Below are positions 37,846-48,836 of a DNA stretch of 64,000 bases, piece after piece (position 1 is the first letter of the stretch; every line of letters starts with the position of its first letter). The stretch is from Candidatus Heimdallarchaeota archaeon (lineage in GTDB: Archaea; Asgardarchaeota; Heimdallarchaeia; Heimdallarchaeales; Kariarchaeaceae). The notes beneath the pieces are model-generated. The model had not been told where the DNA came from. It did not search any database and saw only the letters and a program-made list of their open reading frames with translations. Made by a program: the position numbers and the translations under genes. The DNA is taken from contig JASBSB010000004.1 in NCBI GenBank assembly GCA_030149205.1, forward strand, positions 34,058 to 98,057, in the 5' to 3' direction.

Positions 37846-40260
37846 TCAATAATCCTCTCTTACTGCTTCAGAAGTGGGTATCTGAGTGGCTCTGTTAAAG
37901 GAGAAGAGAAGAGATACAAAAATGGAACCAAAGGTGAAGAAAAATATGAAGATATTTATGTAATCCGGGAAAACTGGTTCTAGGTATATCAAGGTCTGGG
38001 AAATTAACTTGAGCCATAGGAAAATTGTAACATAAGGTGAAATAATGTAGGTGACAATTAATGAGGAGACTGCAATAATTAAAAATTCCAAAGACGTTTG
38101 AAATAGAATCTCTGATTTAAAGAATCCAAACACACGCATTAGTGCTATCTCCTTATCCCTTTCAATTAATGAGATGTACTGTGTTGTAAATACACTAAGA
38201 AAGCCAATAAGAAGGCTTAGTATAACCAGTATAAGAATAACCTGAGCCTGGTTATTTAGCAAATTTACCTGTTGCACTCTAAACGTTTTGGTGGAGATAG
38301 CGATGGTCACCAAAGGGAAATTTGAATTCAGATTATCAACCTGTTTTGATACATCAGAACCAGAATTAAACTTGACTAGGAATTTATTGTAGAATGGTAA
38401 GTTATTCATTCCATAGCTTGTAGTTGAGGTTGGAAGTTTAACAAAATAAGACAGGTATTCAATAGAAACCCTCATTGTAGATGTTCTAAAAACATCATTT
38501 TCTATACCCACCACTGTAAAATTAAGTACAGATCCAAAGAATCTCAGTGATAAAGTGTCCCCTAATTTATAACCTCCAACAATGGATAGATATGAAGAAA
38601 TCACTATATCTGAGCTGTTCTGAGAAATATCACGTCCAGAGATTAGGTTTGAGGTGTACAAAGTCGTGTTGTATAAAATACCATGGAGATAAGCCACAAT
38701 GTTGGGACGATCTTTAATTACATTTAAGCCCTCATAAATTGGCTCAGCCCTCTGTATTGGAAGTGATTTTCCTAAATTCAGCAGAAATGACTGATTCAAA
38801 GAGTTTGAAAATCCAATGTCGACCAAAGTGTCAAATTTGATATGATTGTCAAAATAAGTATTAACTGTATAATCCAAACTAGAATTTGTATAAAGGATTG
38901 AAGTAGCAAAGACCAAGGCCCAAATAAAGCTGACAACAGTTAACACAGTCCTTGTTCTGTTTCTGGTTAAATTTCTAAATCCAAACCTAAGAGGTCTATA
39001 GGGTATTCTTCTAGATAATTTTAAAAGGAATCCCTTGCTCTTTAACTCAGATGATTTTCCACGCATTGCCTCGTATGGGGTTAGCCTTAAAATAATCTGT
39101 AAAGCCAACATAGAGAATCCATAGATGAATATCACCCCAAGCAGAAGAACTGAAATAATGCTAAATCTAGTGTAGACAGCAGACACAGAAAAAAGTCCCC
39201 AAGATGAACCCAATGAATCAACTATAGAACGCAGCAATAGAATTCCAAAAAAGTATCCCAGAACCCAACCAATAACAAAGAGGATTGTTAACCGTAGGAG
39301 AAAGGATTGAATCAACTCTCGTTTCGTCACTCCAAAGGCATGGGAAGCTCCAATTATTACCTTTTGATCATTGATGTACCTGTTCATAACCACAAAAATG
39401 ACGATTCCAGCAATCAGGTAAATAAAAAGTGTTGAAATTTGCATATACTGACCAGTAACAGTTAATGCATCACTGAGGCTCTTTCTGAAACTTACCTCTC
39501 GAGTCAACCAAGAAAAGGCAATAGGAGGAAAACCACTTTTTGAGAGGTCTCTTACCTTGTTTTCCACTGTTTTAACAACCAGTTTTTCCTGATCTAAACT
39601 TAAATTTCCATAATAATAGACGAAACTGTTCCGATAATCTGAAGGACGTGGAACAAAAAGATAATTAAGAGCAGTTTGAGGATTCATGAATACAACTGCA
39701 CTCTGAACCAAATTGAAAGAACTAAATTCTATTGTTCTACCAAGTCCAACAATTTTATATTCAGTCGCAATTCCTCTGGGGTAAAGCTTAATGCTATCAC
39801 CTAATGTGTAATTTTCAGCTTTGGCAAATGAATCTAACAAAACTACCTCATTATTTTGTTTTGGATACTGACCTTCTGTTAAGACAAGATCATTGACCTT
39901 GGGGATTGGATTTTCAACAGAGGTGATGGTTGAACTTATCCAGTTTCCATTGTTTCTTAAATATTTTGAGGCTAAAAATACTCTTGCAGTCGAACCTGAG
40001 GCATTGAGGTGAATCGCATCATAAATCCAGCTTTGGATTGTGTTGCTAAAGTTTGAGGGAATGAAATCAGAGAAGATAAAATTAAAATGCGCAAGATGAT
40101 ATTGATCTGCCTCTGAGTTAATGCTATGGGTTAAATTAGGAGTAACATTGTTTAATGCCAAAGGAAATGCCGTGACCAAGACTACCGCTAGAATGATTAT
40201 GACACTTCTTGACTTGTGAAATCGAATATCTCTTAAAGCAGAAAGGTATACCTTCTTCAT
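37846..40260 (-). CDS. ABC transporter permease, FtsX/MacB-like with two permease modules
   Basis: 804 aa. Two blocks of TM helices, each preceded by a large extracytoplasmic domain. Overlaps its ATPase gene by 4 nt. Confidence 0.7.
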   Translation of the reverse strand: MKKVYLSALRDIRFHKSRSVIIILAVVLVTAFPLALNNVTPNLTHSINSEADQYHLAHFNFIFSDFIPSNFSNTIQSWIYDAIHLNASGSTARVFLASKYLRNNGNWISSTITSVENPIPKVNDLVLTEGQYPKQNNEVVLLDSFAKAENYTLGDSIKLYPRGIATEYKIVGLGRTIEFSSFNLVQSAVVFMNPQTALNYLFVPRPSDYRNSFVYYYGNLSLDQEKLVVKTVENKVRDLSKSGFPPIAFSWLTREVSFRKSLSDALTVTGQYMQISTLFIYLIAGIVIFVVMNRYINDQKVIIGASHAFGVTKRELIQSFLLRLTILFVIGWVLGYFFGILLLRSIVDSLGSSWGLFSVSAVYTRFSIISVLLLGVIFIYGFSMLALQIILRLTPYEAMRGKSSELKSKGFLLKLSRRIPYRPLRFGFRNLTRNRTRTVLTVVSFIWALVFATSILYTNSSLDYTVNTYFDNHIKFDTLVDIGFSNSLNQSFLLNLGKSLPIQRAEPIYEGLNVIKDRPNIVAYLHGILYNTTLYTSNLISGRDISQNSSDIVISSYLSIVGGYKLGDTLSLRFFGSVLNFTVVGIENDVFRTSTMRVSIEYLSYFVKLPTSTTSYGMNNLPFYNKFLVKFNSGSDVSKQVDNLNSNFPLVTIAISTKTFRVQQVNLLNNQAQVILILVILSLLIGFLSVFTTQYISLIERDKEIALMRVFGFFKSEILFQTSLEFLIIAVSSLIVTYIISPYVTIFLWLKLISQTLIYLEPVFPDYINIFIFFFTFGSIFVSLLFSFNRATQIPTSEAVREDY

Positions 40261-40961
40261 CTCGTATCATCCGTAATTTGTCCAGAAGATAGGTGTACTA
40301 ATCTATCTGCAAAAGATCTGAGTCCCTCATCATGTGTGACCATTATCACGGTTGCACTAGACTGTTTAGCAAAGTCTTTTAACAGTTGAACCATATTTCT
40401 TCCTGTTTTCTCATCTAATTGCCCTGTTGGTTCATCTACCACTAACACCCGAGGATGCTTTACCATTGCTCTGACCAGGGCCACACGCTGCCTTTCTCCC
40501 CCTGAGAGCTGAGATGGGTATGCAGACTCTCTACCTTTTAAACCAGCTAGTTCCAGTAGCTCTTTTGCTCTGGAAATGAGGTCTTTTCGTTTAATTTTTA
40601 TTAGCTCGCCTGCCAACTCAATATTTTCTATTGCGGTCAGGGTGGGAATCAAGCTATAAAATTGAAAAACAAAACCTACATATTGTCTTCGGTATCTTGT
40701 TAACTCTCTAACTCCCAATTTGTCTAAGTTAAGGTTTTTGTCCCCTACATTTACACTTACAGTTCCAGTTGTGGGTTTGTCAATCCCACCAATCATATTA
40801 ACCAGAGTCGATTTTCCTGATCCAGATGGCCCCATGAAAATTACGAACTCCTCCTCAAAGATCTCAAGGTTTATTCCGTCAAGCGCCCGTATCTTATAAT
40901 CACCTAACTGGTAAATTTTCGAGAGTCCTTGGATTGTGACCGCTACATTAGAATGAACCAC
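40257..40961 (-). CDS. ABC transporter ATP-binding protein (MacB/LolD-type)
   Basis: Walker A GPSGSGKST, signature LSGGERQRVALVRA, Walker B LVVDEPTGQLD. Confidence 0.85.
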   Translation of the reverse strand: MVHSNVAVTIQGLSKIYQLGDYKIRALDGINLEIFEEEFVIFMGPSGSGKSTLVNMIGGIDKPTTGTVSVNVGDKNLNLDKLGVRELTRYRRQYVGFVFQFYSLIPTLTAIENIELAGELIKIKRKDLISRAKELLELAGLKGRESAYPSQLSGGERQRVALVRAMVKHPRVLVVDEPTGQLDEKTGRNMVQLLKDFAKQSSATVIMVTHDEGLRSFADRLVHLSSGQITDDTR

Positions 40962-41082
40962 ATCCTTAGGACTTGATAAGTTGTTAAAATATTTTGGTTC
41001 AGATAGTTCTTGGTCTGTTAAGTATATCCTGAATTTTTCATAAACTTATTAATTTCCCAAGTTTCTAGGAGAATGGGAACAA

Positions 41083-42498
41083 TTGAAAGACGTTTTTAAA
41101 TCATATTTTGAGTTTACTAAAGGGCTTATCAGTAGCCCTAAAGATGAGATACTCGGTACCATAATTGGATATGGAATAATAGCGGTTGCCTTAGCTGTTA
41201 TTCTGATTCCCTTTCTGTTTCTGGGTTCTTTTTATCTGTCATTCTATCTTCCGCCTAGTTTTTCAAATTTATTTACATGGTTTTACCTCTCTTACCCTCT
41301 GACATTTATTGTTTTGACTTATCTGTTTCAAGGGTACCTATACCACAGAAAAACCCATCCTAAAATAAAGACCTCAAGTGAAGAAATTCTAAAATTACTC
41401 AGATCTGAAGATGAACCAACATTAATACAGGGAATAAAGCTTATTAGTCATGCACGAATAGATGATCAGGTCAAAATAAACATTTTAGAAAAAATTATTG
41501 AGAAACAGCCTAGATCAAGTAAATTATCAAGAATGGCAAATTCTGCTTTGTTAAACACCTACACCGAGATGAAAGAAAAGAAGCATCATAAGTTGCCAAA
41601 TTCCGTATTTTTATCTTCAGAAATGCGAATCGGGAGAGATTTGGACAATGCAGAAATTTCCCTCAAAATTATGGAAATAGGCAATTTTAGCAATCCAAAA
41701 TTGTTTTTAAATGGTTCTAAGAACATCGTCCAACATATTAATCCAGCTCAATATGTTCATCACAGAACTGAGGAAACAACAGAGATTGATTTATCACAGA
41801 TCACGGACATACAAGCAATTTATGATCTAAGTCAAATCCCATTGGGACTCGAGGTATTATCAGATTCTACAGAAAAAGATGAATTTATTTTTGTCACAAA
41901 AAACATCACTATTTCAAATCTAGATAAATTCACCCCTGAAGACCTTCAATTCGTTTTCTTTCCTTCTGAAGACCAAGAAATATTATCAATAAACACGATT
42001 ACAGGACAATCGCAATTTAATAAGGAGGGATCGGTTCAGATAAATATTTCTAAACTAGAAACCAATTTCCTGACTGTAAACATTCAATTTAAGACAAAAT
42101 TGAAGTCAATGAATCAATTAAATTTCTTGATAGAAGCCAATTGCTCTGAATTACCAAAATTGTCAAATTATTATTTGAAACTTACCGAGAATATTAGCTC
42201 AAATCTTTCCATTATCAAACAAGAAACCTCTGGCTTTGTATCAGAGATTAACTACTCAAATCTTAAAATTTATAAAAAAGAGCTTGAAGAATTGAAAATC
42301 TCATGGTTTACTGATGGTGATAATGGAATAGACTTACATACCATCAAAAAAGAACTTTCCCCTGGTGAAAATTACACCCAATCATATCCTCTGAGTTATA
42401 CTGGCAATTCAATTCCGTCTGTAAGTGGAGACATGACTTTCCTGACAGAGAAGTTCAAAATTAATAAACTCAAGCTAAATTGGAAGTCCTCCTGTTGA
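41083..42498 (+). CDS. hypothetical membrane-anchored protein
   Basis: 471 aa. Two N-terminal TM helices, then a large Asn/Ser-rich domain. No recognisable motif. Confidence 0.4.
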   Translation: MKDVFKSYFEFTKGLISSPKDEILGTIIGYGIIAVALAVILIPFLFLGSFYLSFYLPPSFSNLFTWFYLSYPLTFIVLTYLFQGYLYHRKTHPKIKTSSEEILKLLRSEDEPTLIQGIKLISHARIDDQVKINILEKIIEKQPRSSKLSRMANSALLNTYTEMKEKKHHKLPNSVFLSSEMRIGRDLDNAEISLKIMEIGNFSNPKLFLNGSKNIVQHINPAQYVHHRTEETTEIDLSQITDIQAIYDLSQIPLGLEVLSDSTEKDEFIFVTKNITISNLDKFTPEDLQFVFFPSEDQEILSINTITGQSQFNKEGSVQINISKLETNFLTVNIQFKTKLKSMNQLNFLIEANCSELPKLSNYYLKLTENISSNLSIIKQETSGFVSEINYSNLKIYKKELEELKISWFTDGDNGIDLHTIKKELSPGENYTQSYPLSYTGNSIPSVSGDMTFLTEKFKINKLKLNWKSSC

Positions 42499-42583
42499 GC
42501 ATCTTTTCAATATTTCTTAATTTTCAGCTACACTAAGGTAAATTCTAGTAGAAAGTTTAAATCATTGTAATCATAGCTAAGGT

Positions 42584-43387
42584 ATGGGGAAAAAAACTGC
42601 AGATTTGTATGAATATTCCAACTACTTCAAACTACCTGAGTTTTCAGTTCCACAGGATTACAACCTGTTAATTGGGTTTGCTGGATATGGGAATGTAGGG
42701 TATCTCATCGCAAATCACATGGTAGAGGATCTAGAGGTAGAAACAATTGCAACTTGGGGGAACACCACATGGTTTTACAACGGACAGCTAGAGTCTCTGT
42801 TGACACTTTATGCACATCACAAATCAAAAACTCTCATTTTAACATCGAGATTCCCTGTCTCTGTTACGTCTATACCTCATGAAAATTGGGAAGAACTGGC
42901 ATTGGAAGTTTTGTCTTGGAACTGTAAGGCATATTATATTCTAGGGGGATTAAGAGAGGAAACTCGAACCAACAACTCAGATAAATGGTATGTATTTGCA
43001 CCAACCAAAAAATACATTGAAACATATCATCTAGATCTCAGTTTAGATGAAAAGTTAACAATGATTGGGCCACTTTCAGCATTTTTAAGTCTCGGGACTT
43101 CATTAAAGGTACCAGTCTTGGGGATACTCTTTTACTGTAACTTTGAAGAGGACCCAGAAGCAAGTCTGTTAGGTTTAGGTGTTATTAAAGACCTACTTCA
43201 AATAGATGACTTATCTGTTGACTCTCTAAAGTTCTTTGATTTTAGTTTCATCCCACCTCAACCTGTTAATGAGGTAAATGTCGGGCAACTTAACAACCTC
43301 TCACAGAATCAATTTTCAGATGAAAACGAGGATGATAATGATGATGACCATCTAGATTTTGGATTAGATATGGATGATCTCCTATAA
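42584..43387 (+). CDS. PAC2-like (proteasome assembly chaperone family) protein with acidic C-terminal tail
   Basis: LIGFAGYGNVGYLIANHMV resembles the glycine-rich PAC2/COG1938 motif. C-terminal DENEDDNDDDHLDFGLDMDDLL tail. Confidence 0.45.
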   Translation: MGKKTADLYEYSNYFKLPEFSVPQDYNLLIGFAGYGNVGYLIANHMVEDLEVETIATWGNTTWFYNGQLESLLTLYAHHKSKTLILTSRFPVSVTSIPHENWEELALEVLSWNCKAYYILGGLREETRTNNSDKWYVFAPTKKYIETYHLDLSLDEKLTMIGPLSAFLSLGTSLKVPVLGILFYCNFEEDPEASLLGLGVIKDLLQIDDLSVDSLKFFDFSFIPPQPVNEVNVGQLNNLSQNQFSDENEDDNDDDHLDFGLDMDDLL

Positions 43388-43527
43388 AACTATAAGTAGA
43401 TAAAGATTAACTCATCAATGAATTCTCACCAGTCAAATTCGTATTCTTTGTATAGAATTGTGACTTAGGACTTTTCCCATTTGTTTTTGTCCATAAACAA
43501 TATTCTTTTATCAATATTGAATCTTGT

Positions 43528-45309
43528 GTGTTAATGGTCACTCCCACTGATGGTTTCTCTGAATTTAGGGGGAAAATTGATTACAGGACGAGTAAGAGGT
43601 CCCCAGTTTGGTGGGTAATTTCACATATCAAGCGGTATTGGCATCTTTTTACAATAACAATTATTGTTCAATTGATTGCCAGTTACTTCCAGGCTTCAAT
43701 CCCAAGGGTGATTGGTCAAATTGCCCAAAATCTCATAACACCCAATTTTAGCGTAAGCAATTTTGATAGTTTAGTTTTGCAGATTGTTTCTCTGGGTGTT
43801 GGAGCTGGATTACTTCTGCTAGTTCGATCTTTCACAATTGAGATTGTTTCCCAAAAAATGGAGCAGAATACCAGAGATGAGTTATACGCCTCCCTGTTAG
43901 GGAAGAGTCTAACGTTTCATGATAAGCAACAAATAGGGGATTTAATGAGCAGAGTTGCCACTGATGTAAGACAGCTCAATTTTTTGGTAAATCCTGGATT
44001 TTTACTGGTCTTTGCTGCTGTTGTCAACCTTATCATTCCCTTTGTTTTGATGTATCAAATTAACCCATTGCTGGCAATTGTTCCACTCCTTTATGTAATT
44101 GTGTTTTTGGTAGAGTTGCGGTTATACATAAACAAACTTACTCCAGTTTCCTTTATGATGAGAAAAGAAATGGCATCTATGAGTTCCACCTTAAATGAAT
44201 CTATATCCGGAATTCAATTAGTCAGGGGAAGTGCAGAAGAAAAATCAGAAAAGAAGAAATTTTTGCAAGATGTCGAACGATACACCAAATATGCAATAGA
44301 GAGTGGAAAAATTCAAGCGCGGTATAGACCCTTGCTTTGGATAGGAATTTTTACTGCAATAGGCTTTTTTGTGGGCTTAATCATGGTAGGAAATAACATG
44401 ATCACCCCTGGACAGCTAATTGAGTTTGTTCTTCTGTTTCAGTTGTTTAGATTTCCAACCTTTATCAATATCTTTGCCCTGCTCTTTTTTACGGTCGGGA
44501 ACGCCTCTGCCAAACGTATTCTTGAGCTTATTAATGAGACAACTGATATAGATGATAATCCCAGTGGACATAAAGGTCTGATCAAAGACTCAATAGTATT
44601 TGATGATGTCTCATTTGGCTACCATTCAGATAAATTCGTGTTAAAACATATCAGCTTTACAGTAGAGGCTGGTCAGACAGTGGCACTTGTAGGTATGACA
44701 GGGAGTGGAAAGACATCAATCACCAAATTACTTTCAAGATTATATGACCCTCAGGAAGGAACTATATACGCAGATGATATAAATTTGAGAGATTGGAGTC
44801 TAGAATCCTTGAGAAATCAAATAGCAGTTGTAGAACAAGATATCTTTTTGTTCAGCAGGTCGATTAAAGATAATATCGTACTAGGTGTTCCAAATCCAAC
44901 AGAAGAGGAAATAATAAATGCCGCAAAGTTGGCTCAGGCACATGAATTTATTATGAAGACAGAAGATGGGTATGATACCATCGTTGGAGAGAGAGGTGTA
45001 ATGCTCAGTGGTGGCCAAAGGCAAAGAATAGCGATTGCAAGGGCTATTCTCAGAAATCCAAGTATTTTGATACTTGATGATGCCTCATCCGCAATAGATT
45101 CTAAGACTGAGGATGAGATTCAAAAAGCTATCTCTTCTGTTTTAAAGGGAAGAATCTCCTTCTTGATCACTCACAGATTGGCACAAATCAAAAAAGCCGA
45201 CCTTATTTTGGTAATAGATAAAGGAGAAATCATAGCACAAGGTTCACATACCACATTGATGCAGGTAAGCGAAAAGTACAAGTCACTTTTCACTACCCTC
45301 GCAGTATAG
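43528..45309 (+). CDS. ABC exporter, fused permease/ATPase (half-transporter 1)
   Basis: 593 aa. Six-TM domain, then Walker A GMTGSGKTS, signature LSGGQRQRIAIARA, Walker B ILILDDASSAID. Confidence 0.85.
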   Translation: MLMVTPTDGFSEFRGKIDYRTSKRSPVWWVISHIKRYWHLFTITIIVQLIASYFQASIPRVIGQIAQNLITPNFSVSNFDSLVLQIVSLGVGAGLLLLVRSFTIEIVSQKMEQNTRDELYASLLGKSLTFHDKQQIGDLMSRVATDVRQLNFLVNPGFLLVFAAVVNLIIPFVLMYQINPLLAIVPLLYVIVFLVELRLYINKLTPVSFMMRKEMASMSSTLNESISGIQLVRGSAEEKSEKKKFLQDVERYTKYAIESGKIQARYRPLLWIGIFTAIGFFVGLIMVGNNMITPGQLIEFVLLFQLFRFPTFINIFALLFFTVGNASAKRILELINETTDIDDNPSGHKGLIKDSIVFDDVSFGYHSDKFVLKHISFTVEAGQTVALVGMTGSGKTSITKLLSRLYDPQEGTIYADDINLRDWSLESLRNQIAVVEQDIFLFSRSIKDNIVLGVPNPTEEEIINAAKLAQAHEFIMKTEDGYDTIVGERGVMLSGGQRQRIAIARAILRNPSILILDDASSAIDSKTEDEIQKAISSVLKGRISFLITHRLAQIKKADLILVIDKGEIIAQGSHTTLMQVSEKYKSLFTTLAV

Positions 45310-45320
45310 GAGGTTATCTT

Positions 45321-47180
45321 ATGGGTTTTATTTTAAATGGATTAGACAAAGAAGATTATGACAGAGAATATTCAGATTTAGTTTTGGTAAGACGTATCCT
45401 TGGATATTTCAAACCTTACAAAAAAGAGATTCTAATTATTTCTTTAACTCTCTTTTTAACCTCATTATCAAATACACTTATTCCAATTTACATCTCTCAG
45501 GGACTTGATGCCATACAAAAAAATCCAAGTTTTAACAGTCCACTGATCTATCAAATCGTTGGTTTACTGTTATTCTTCTCCGTATTTGCTTATTTTATGA
45601 ACAGACTCACCCAAGAAAATACAGCAACTGCAGTACAGTCAGCGGTTCAAGATCTTAGAGAAGACACCTTTGGGGAGGTTATAGAACGTGATCTTTCTTT
45701 TTTAAACGAACAACCGACAGGTCGTCTGGTCTCAAGAATCACCAATGATACCAGAGATTTTGGAACAACTGTCTCTCTGACAACCAATCTTCTATCACAA
45801 ATATTGTTGGTCGTTTTTATCACCATCATTCTTTGGAATACTTCTGCCAGATTGACAGTGTTTCTATTGATAATGGTTCCAATTATCTTTTTTGTCGCAA
45901 TTGCTTTTCGTGGGTTAGCCAGGTTTGTTGCCTTACAATCTAACCGTGTGCTTGCAAAAATCAACGCCCTTATTCAGGAGACCATGAGTGGAATAATTGT
46001 TGCAAAGTCGTTCAGAGCTGAACAATACATCTATGATGAGTTTGATGATATGAACTCAGAGTCCTTTTCAATCAACCTAAGACGTGGATTGGTTTTTAAC
46101 AGCATCTTTCCAGTGCTTAATATCTTGTCCGCACTTGCCACCGCAATCATTGTATATTTCGGTGGACTGGAGGTGCTTCAGGTAGGAAGCTTCATTAGCT
46201 CCACTCTTTACTTTATCCCAGGAAGAGCATTGACCTATGGAGAATGGTTCCTTTTCATTCAAGGGGTAAATTATTTCTTCTTCCCAATCATTCAGATTGC
46301 AAGCTTTTGGTCACAATTTCAACAGGGTCTTGCTGCATCTGAAAGAGTTTTCTCACTTATAGACTCTGAGAACACTGTCACTCAAACCGACAACATAACT
46401 GTCGAAACACTCAAAGGAGACATCAAATTTGATCATCTAAAATTCGGGTACAAACCAGAAATTTTAATCCTTGATGACTTTAACCTTCACATCTCTGCAG
46501 GAGAAAATCTGGCCATAGTTGGGCATACAGGGGCTGGGAAATCAACAATCGCTAAACTAATCGCAAGATTTTATGAATTTAATGGAGGAGAATTGCTAAT
46601 AGATGATAAGGATATCAGAACCTTCGAACTCAAATCTTATCGTAGACATCTCTCTATTATCTCACAGGAGGTTTTCCTATTTAACACCTCACTTGAGGAT
46701 AACATATTCTATGGTGTTCCAAAAGAAAATCGGGATTATGAGTATTTAAATTCCCTCTTTAAACAGATTGATGCTCTCGACTGGGTTGAGAACCTAGAGC
46801 AAGGATTTCAGACCAAGGTAGGTGAACGAGGAAACAAATTAAGTCAGGGTCAGAAACAATTGATTGCCATTGTGAGAACTCTGATGCGAGACCCCCATAT
46901 CCTAATTATGGATGAAGCAACCAGCTCTGTCGACCCATTCACTGAGGTTCAGATCCAGAAAGCAACTGATATACTTATGGAAAACAGAACCTCTATCGTC
47001 ATAGCACACAGATTATCAACCGTCGTAAAGGCTGATCGAATCATTGTGATGAGAGAGGGGAAGATCATTGAGTCTGGAACGCATAATGAGCTACTAAAAC
47101 AGGGTGGTCATTACTCTGAGTTGTATGATACCTATTTTAGACATCAAACCTTGGAATACATAGAGTCCGAAAAATCTTGA
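45321..47180 (+). CDS. ABC exporter, fused permease/ATPase (half-transporter 2)
   Basis: 619 aa. TM domain, then GHTGAGKST, LSQGQKQLIAIVRT, ILIMDEATSSVD. Lies 11 nt after the previous gene, consistent with a heterodimeric pair. Confidence 0.85.
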   Translation: MGFILNGLDKEDYDREYSDLVLVRRILGYFKPYKKEILIISLTLFLTSLSNTLIPIYISQGLDAIQKNPSFNSPLIYQIVGLLLFFSVFAYFMNRLTQENTATAVQSAVQDLREDTFGEVIERDLSFLNEQPTGRLVSRITNDTRDFGTTVSLTTNLLSQILLVVFITIILWNTSARLTVFLLIMVPIIFFVAIAFRGLARFVALQSNRVLAKINALIQETMSGIIVAKSFRAEQYIYDEFDDMNSESFSINLRRGLVFNSIFPVLNILSALATAIIVYFGGLEVLQVGSFISSTLYFIPGRALTYGEWFLFIQGVNYFFFPIIQIASFWSQFQQGLAASERVFSLIDSENTVTQTDNITVETLKGDIKFDHLKFGYKPEILILDDFNLHISAGENLAIVGHTGAGKSTIAKLIARFYEFNGGELLIDDKDIRTFELKSYRRHLSIISQEVFLFNTSLEDNIFYGVPKENRDYEYLNSLFKQIDALDWVENLEQGFQTKVGERGNKLSQGQKQLIAIVRTLMRDPHILIMDEATSSVDPFTEVQIQKATDILMENRTSIVIAHRLSTVVKADRIIVMREGKIIESGTHNELLKQGGHYSELYDTYFRHQTLEYIESEKS

Positions 47181-47423
47181 GATAAAAGTTGGGAATGAAT
47201 TAGAAATTAAGCTCACCAGAAAAACTAATTTTCTATCTACCTTCTCCCCCTATCTTACCCTCTTACGTTAACTTAACAGAATTATAGCTTGATAAAGAAA
47301 CATCTTGTAAACTTACATTCTATAAATAAGGTTAATAAAACCTTTAAAAGTCCATACAATCTATTAAATTTAGAGAAGGTTCAATCTTAATTTAACCTTT
47401 CTCCAGGATTGTTTGAGTGAAAA

Positions 47424-48836
47424 GTGAGTTCACAACTAAGTCTTGATGTAATGATTTTATACTCATTTGCATTTGTACTATTTATACTAGTTAACATGTT
47501 TTTTGTGGCATCGGAATTTTCCTTTGTGAAAGTCAGATCCTCAAAAATGAAACTTTTGGAAAAAGAGGGAAACAAACGAGCAACCAAAGTGTTGTTTATC
47601 TCCAAACATTTGGATGATGCACTTTCCAGTACACAACTTGGAATCTCCCTTGCCTCAATCGGTATTGGGTTTGTTGCAGAGGCATTATTTACCTCATTTT
47701 TGTTGAGTTTTCTTGGAATTTTTGGGATCACTGAAAAGAGTATTCCAAGTCTTGCAGGAATCGGATTTGTAACTGGTTATGTGTTAGGTACATACTTTCA
47801 TGTTGTACTTGGTGAGTTGTTTCCTAAATCCATAGCGATTAGAAAGGCAGAAGCAACTGCTTTATGGTTATCTTCTCCGATGTACTGGTTTATGAAGGTT
47901 TCAACCTACCCAATGCATTTCCTAAATTGGTCTGCTGAGCACGTTTTAAGGCTCTTCAATATACAGCCAATCTCAGAGTTTCATGGTAATGTATTTGGTG
48001 AAGAAGAGCTTAAGCTAATTATTCAGCAGTCCCTTAGAGGTGGTGAACTTGAGGAGTATGAATCCAGACTGATCTATAGAATCTTTCAATTCACTGACAC
48101 CCCTGTGAAATCTCTTATTACTCCACGACATGCAATTAAAGCTTTATCCTCAACTGCAACATTGGATGAGGTGATAACACTTGCCAAGGAAACAGGTTAC
48201 AGCAGATTCCCGATCTATCAAGACAAACTCGACAGCATCATCGGATTTGTTCACATTAAAGATGCCATTGCAAAACTTGATGAGAAAACCAATGGATCCA
48301 AAAATTTAGTCAGTGGGTATCTACGCCCCGTCATCACAGTTCATGAGAATCACCCCGTTGATGACCTACTTCAAGAAATGCAAAAACAGAGGACCCAGGT
48401 ATCTGTCGTCGTTGATGAATGGGGATCAGTCGCAGGAATAATCACTATAGAAGACATTCTTGAGGCAATTGTCGGACCCATTCGAGATGAATTTGACTAC
48501 TATGAAGACGGGTCACTCATCTCCAAGTCAAAAAATGGACTTATTGTGCTCCCCAAGATCACAATAGCTGAATTTAATGAGTACTTACAGAATCTCCGTC
48601 CTAACGTGTTCCTTCGTGAAGAAGGTGATGCAGTCACACTGGCTGGATACCTCCTTGACCTCATAGATTCTAAAATTCCAAATGAGGGGGACACCTTGTC
48701 AGACAGTACTTTTGACTACAAGATCTTAAAGATGAACGGCAACAGAATTGAAAAGGTTTTGGTGCTGGATCACGGTTCCGATAAATTTGATTACTCAGTA
48801 CAAAAATCTGAAGAAGAACTCATGGATCAGCTTTAA
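47424..48836 (+). CDS. CNNM/CorC-HlyC family transporter (DUF21 membrane domain + CBS pair + CorC_HlyC domain)
   Basis: N-terminal 4-TM DUF21-type region (ASEFSFV), tandem CBS domains, and a C-terminal transporter-associated domain. GTG start in track; ATG at 47451 is an alternative. Confidence 0.8.
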   Translation: MSSQLSLDVMILYSFAFVLFILVNMFFVASEFSFVKVRSSKMKLLEKEGNKRATKVLFISKHLDDALSSTQLGISLASIGIGFVAEALFTSFLLSFLGIFGITEKSIPSLAGIGFVTGYVLGTYFHVVLGELFPKSIAIRKAEATALWLSSPMYWFMKVSTYPMHFLNWSAEHVLRLFNIQPISEFHGNVFGEEELKLIIQQSLRGGELEEYESRLIYRIFQFTDTPVKSLITPRHAIKALSSTATLDEVITLAKETGYSRFPIYQDKLDSIIGFVHIKDAIAKLDEKTNGSKNLVSGYLRPVITVHENHPVDDLLQEMQKQRTQVSVVVDEWGSVAGIITIEDILEAIVGPIRDEFDYYEDGSLISKSKNGLIVLPKITIAEFNEYLQNLRPNVFLREEGDAVTLAGYLLDLIDSKIPNEGDTLSDSTFDYKILKMNGNRIEKVLVLDHGSDKFDYSVQKSEEELMDQL

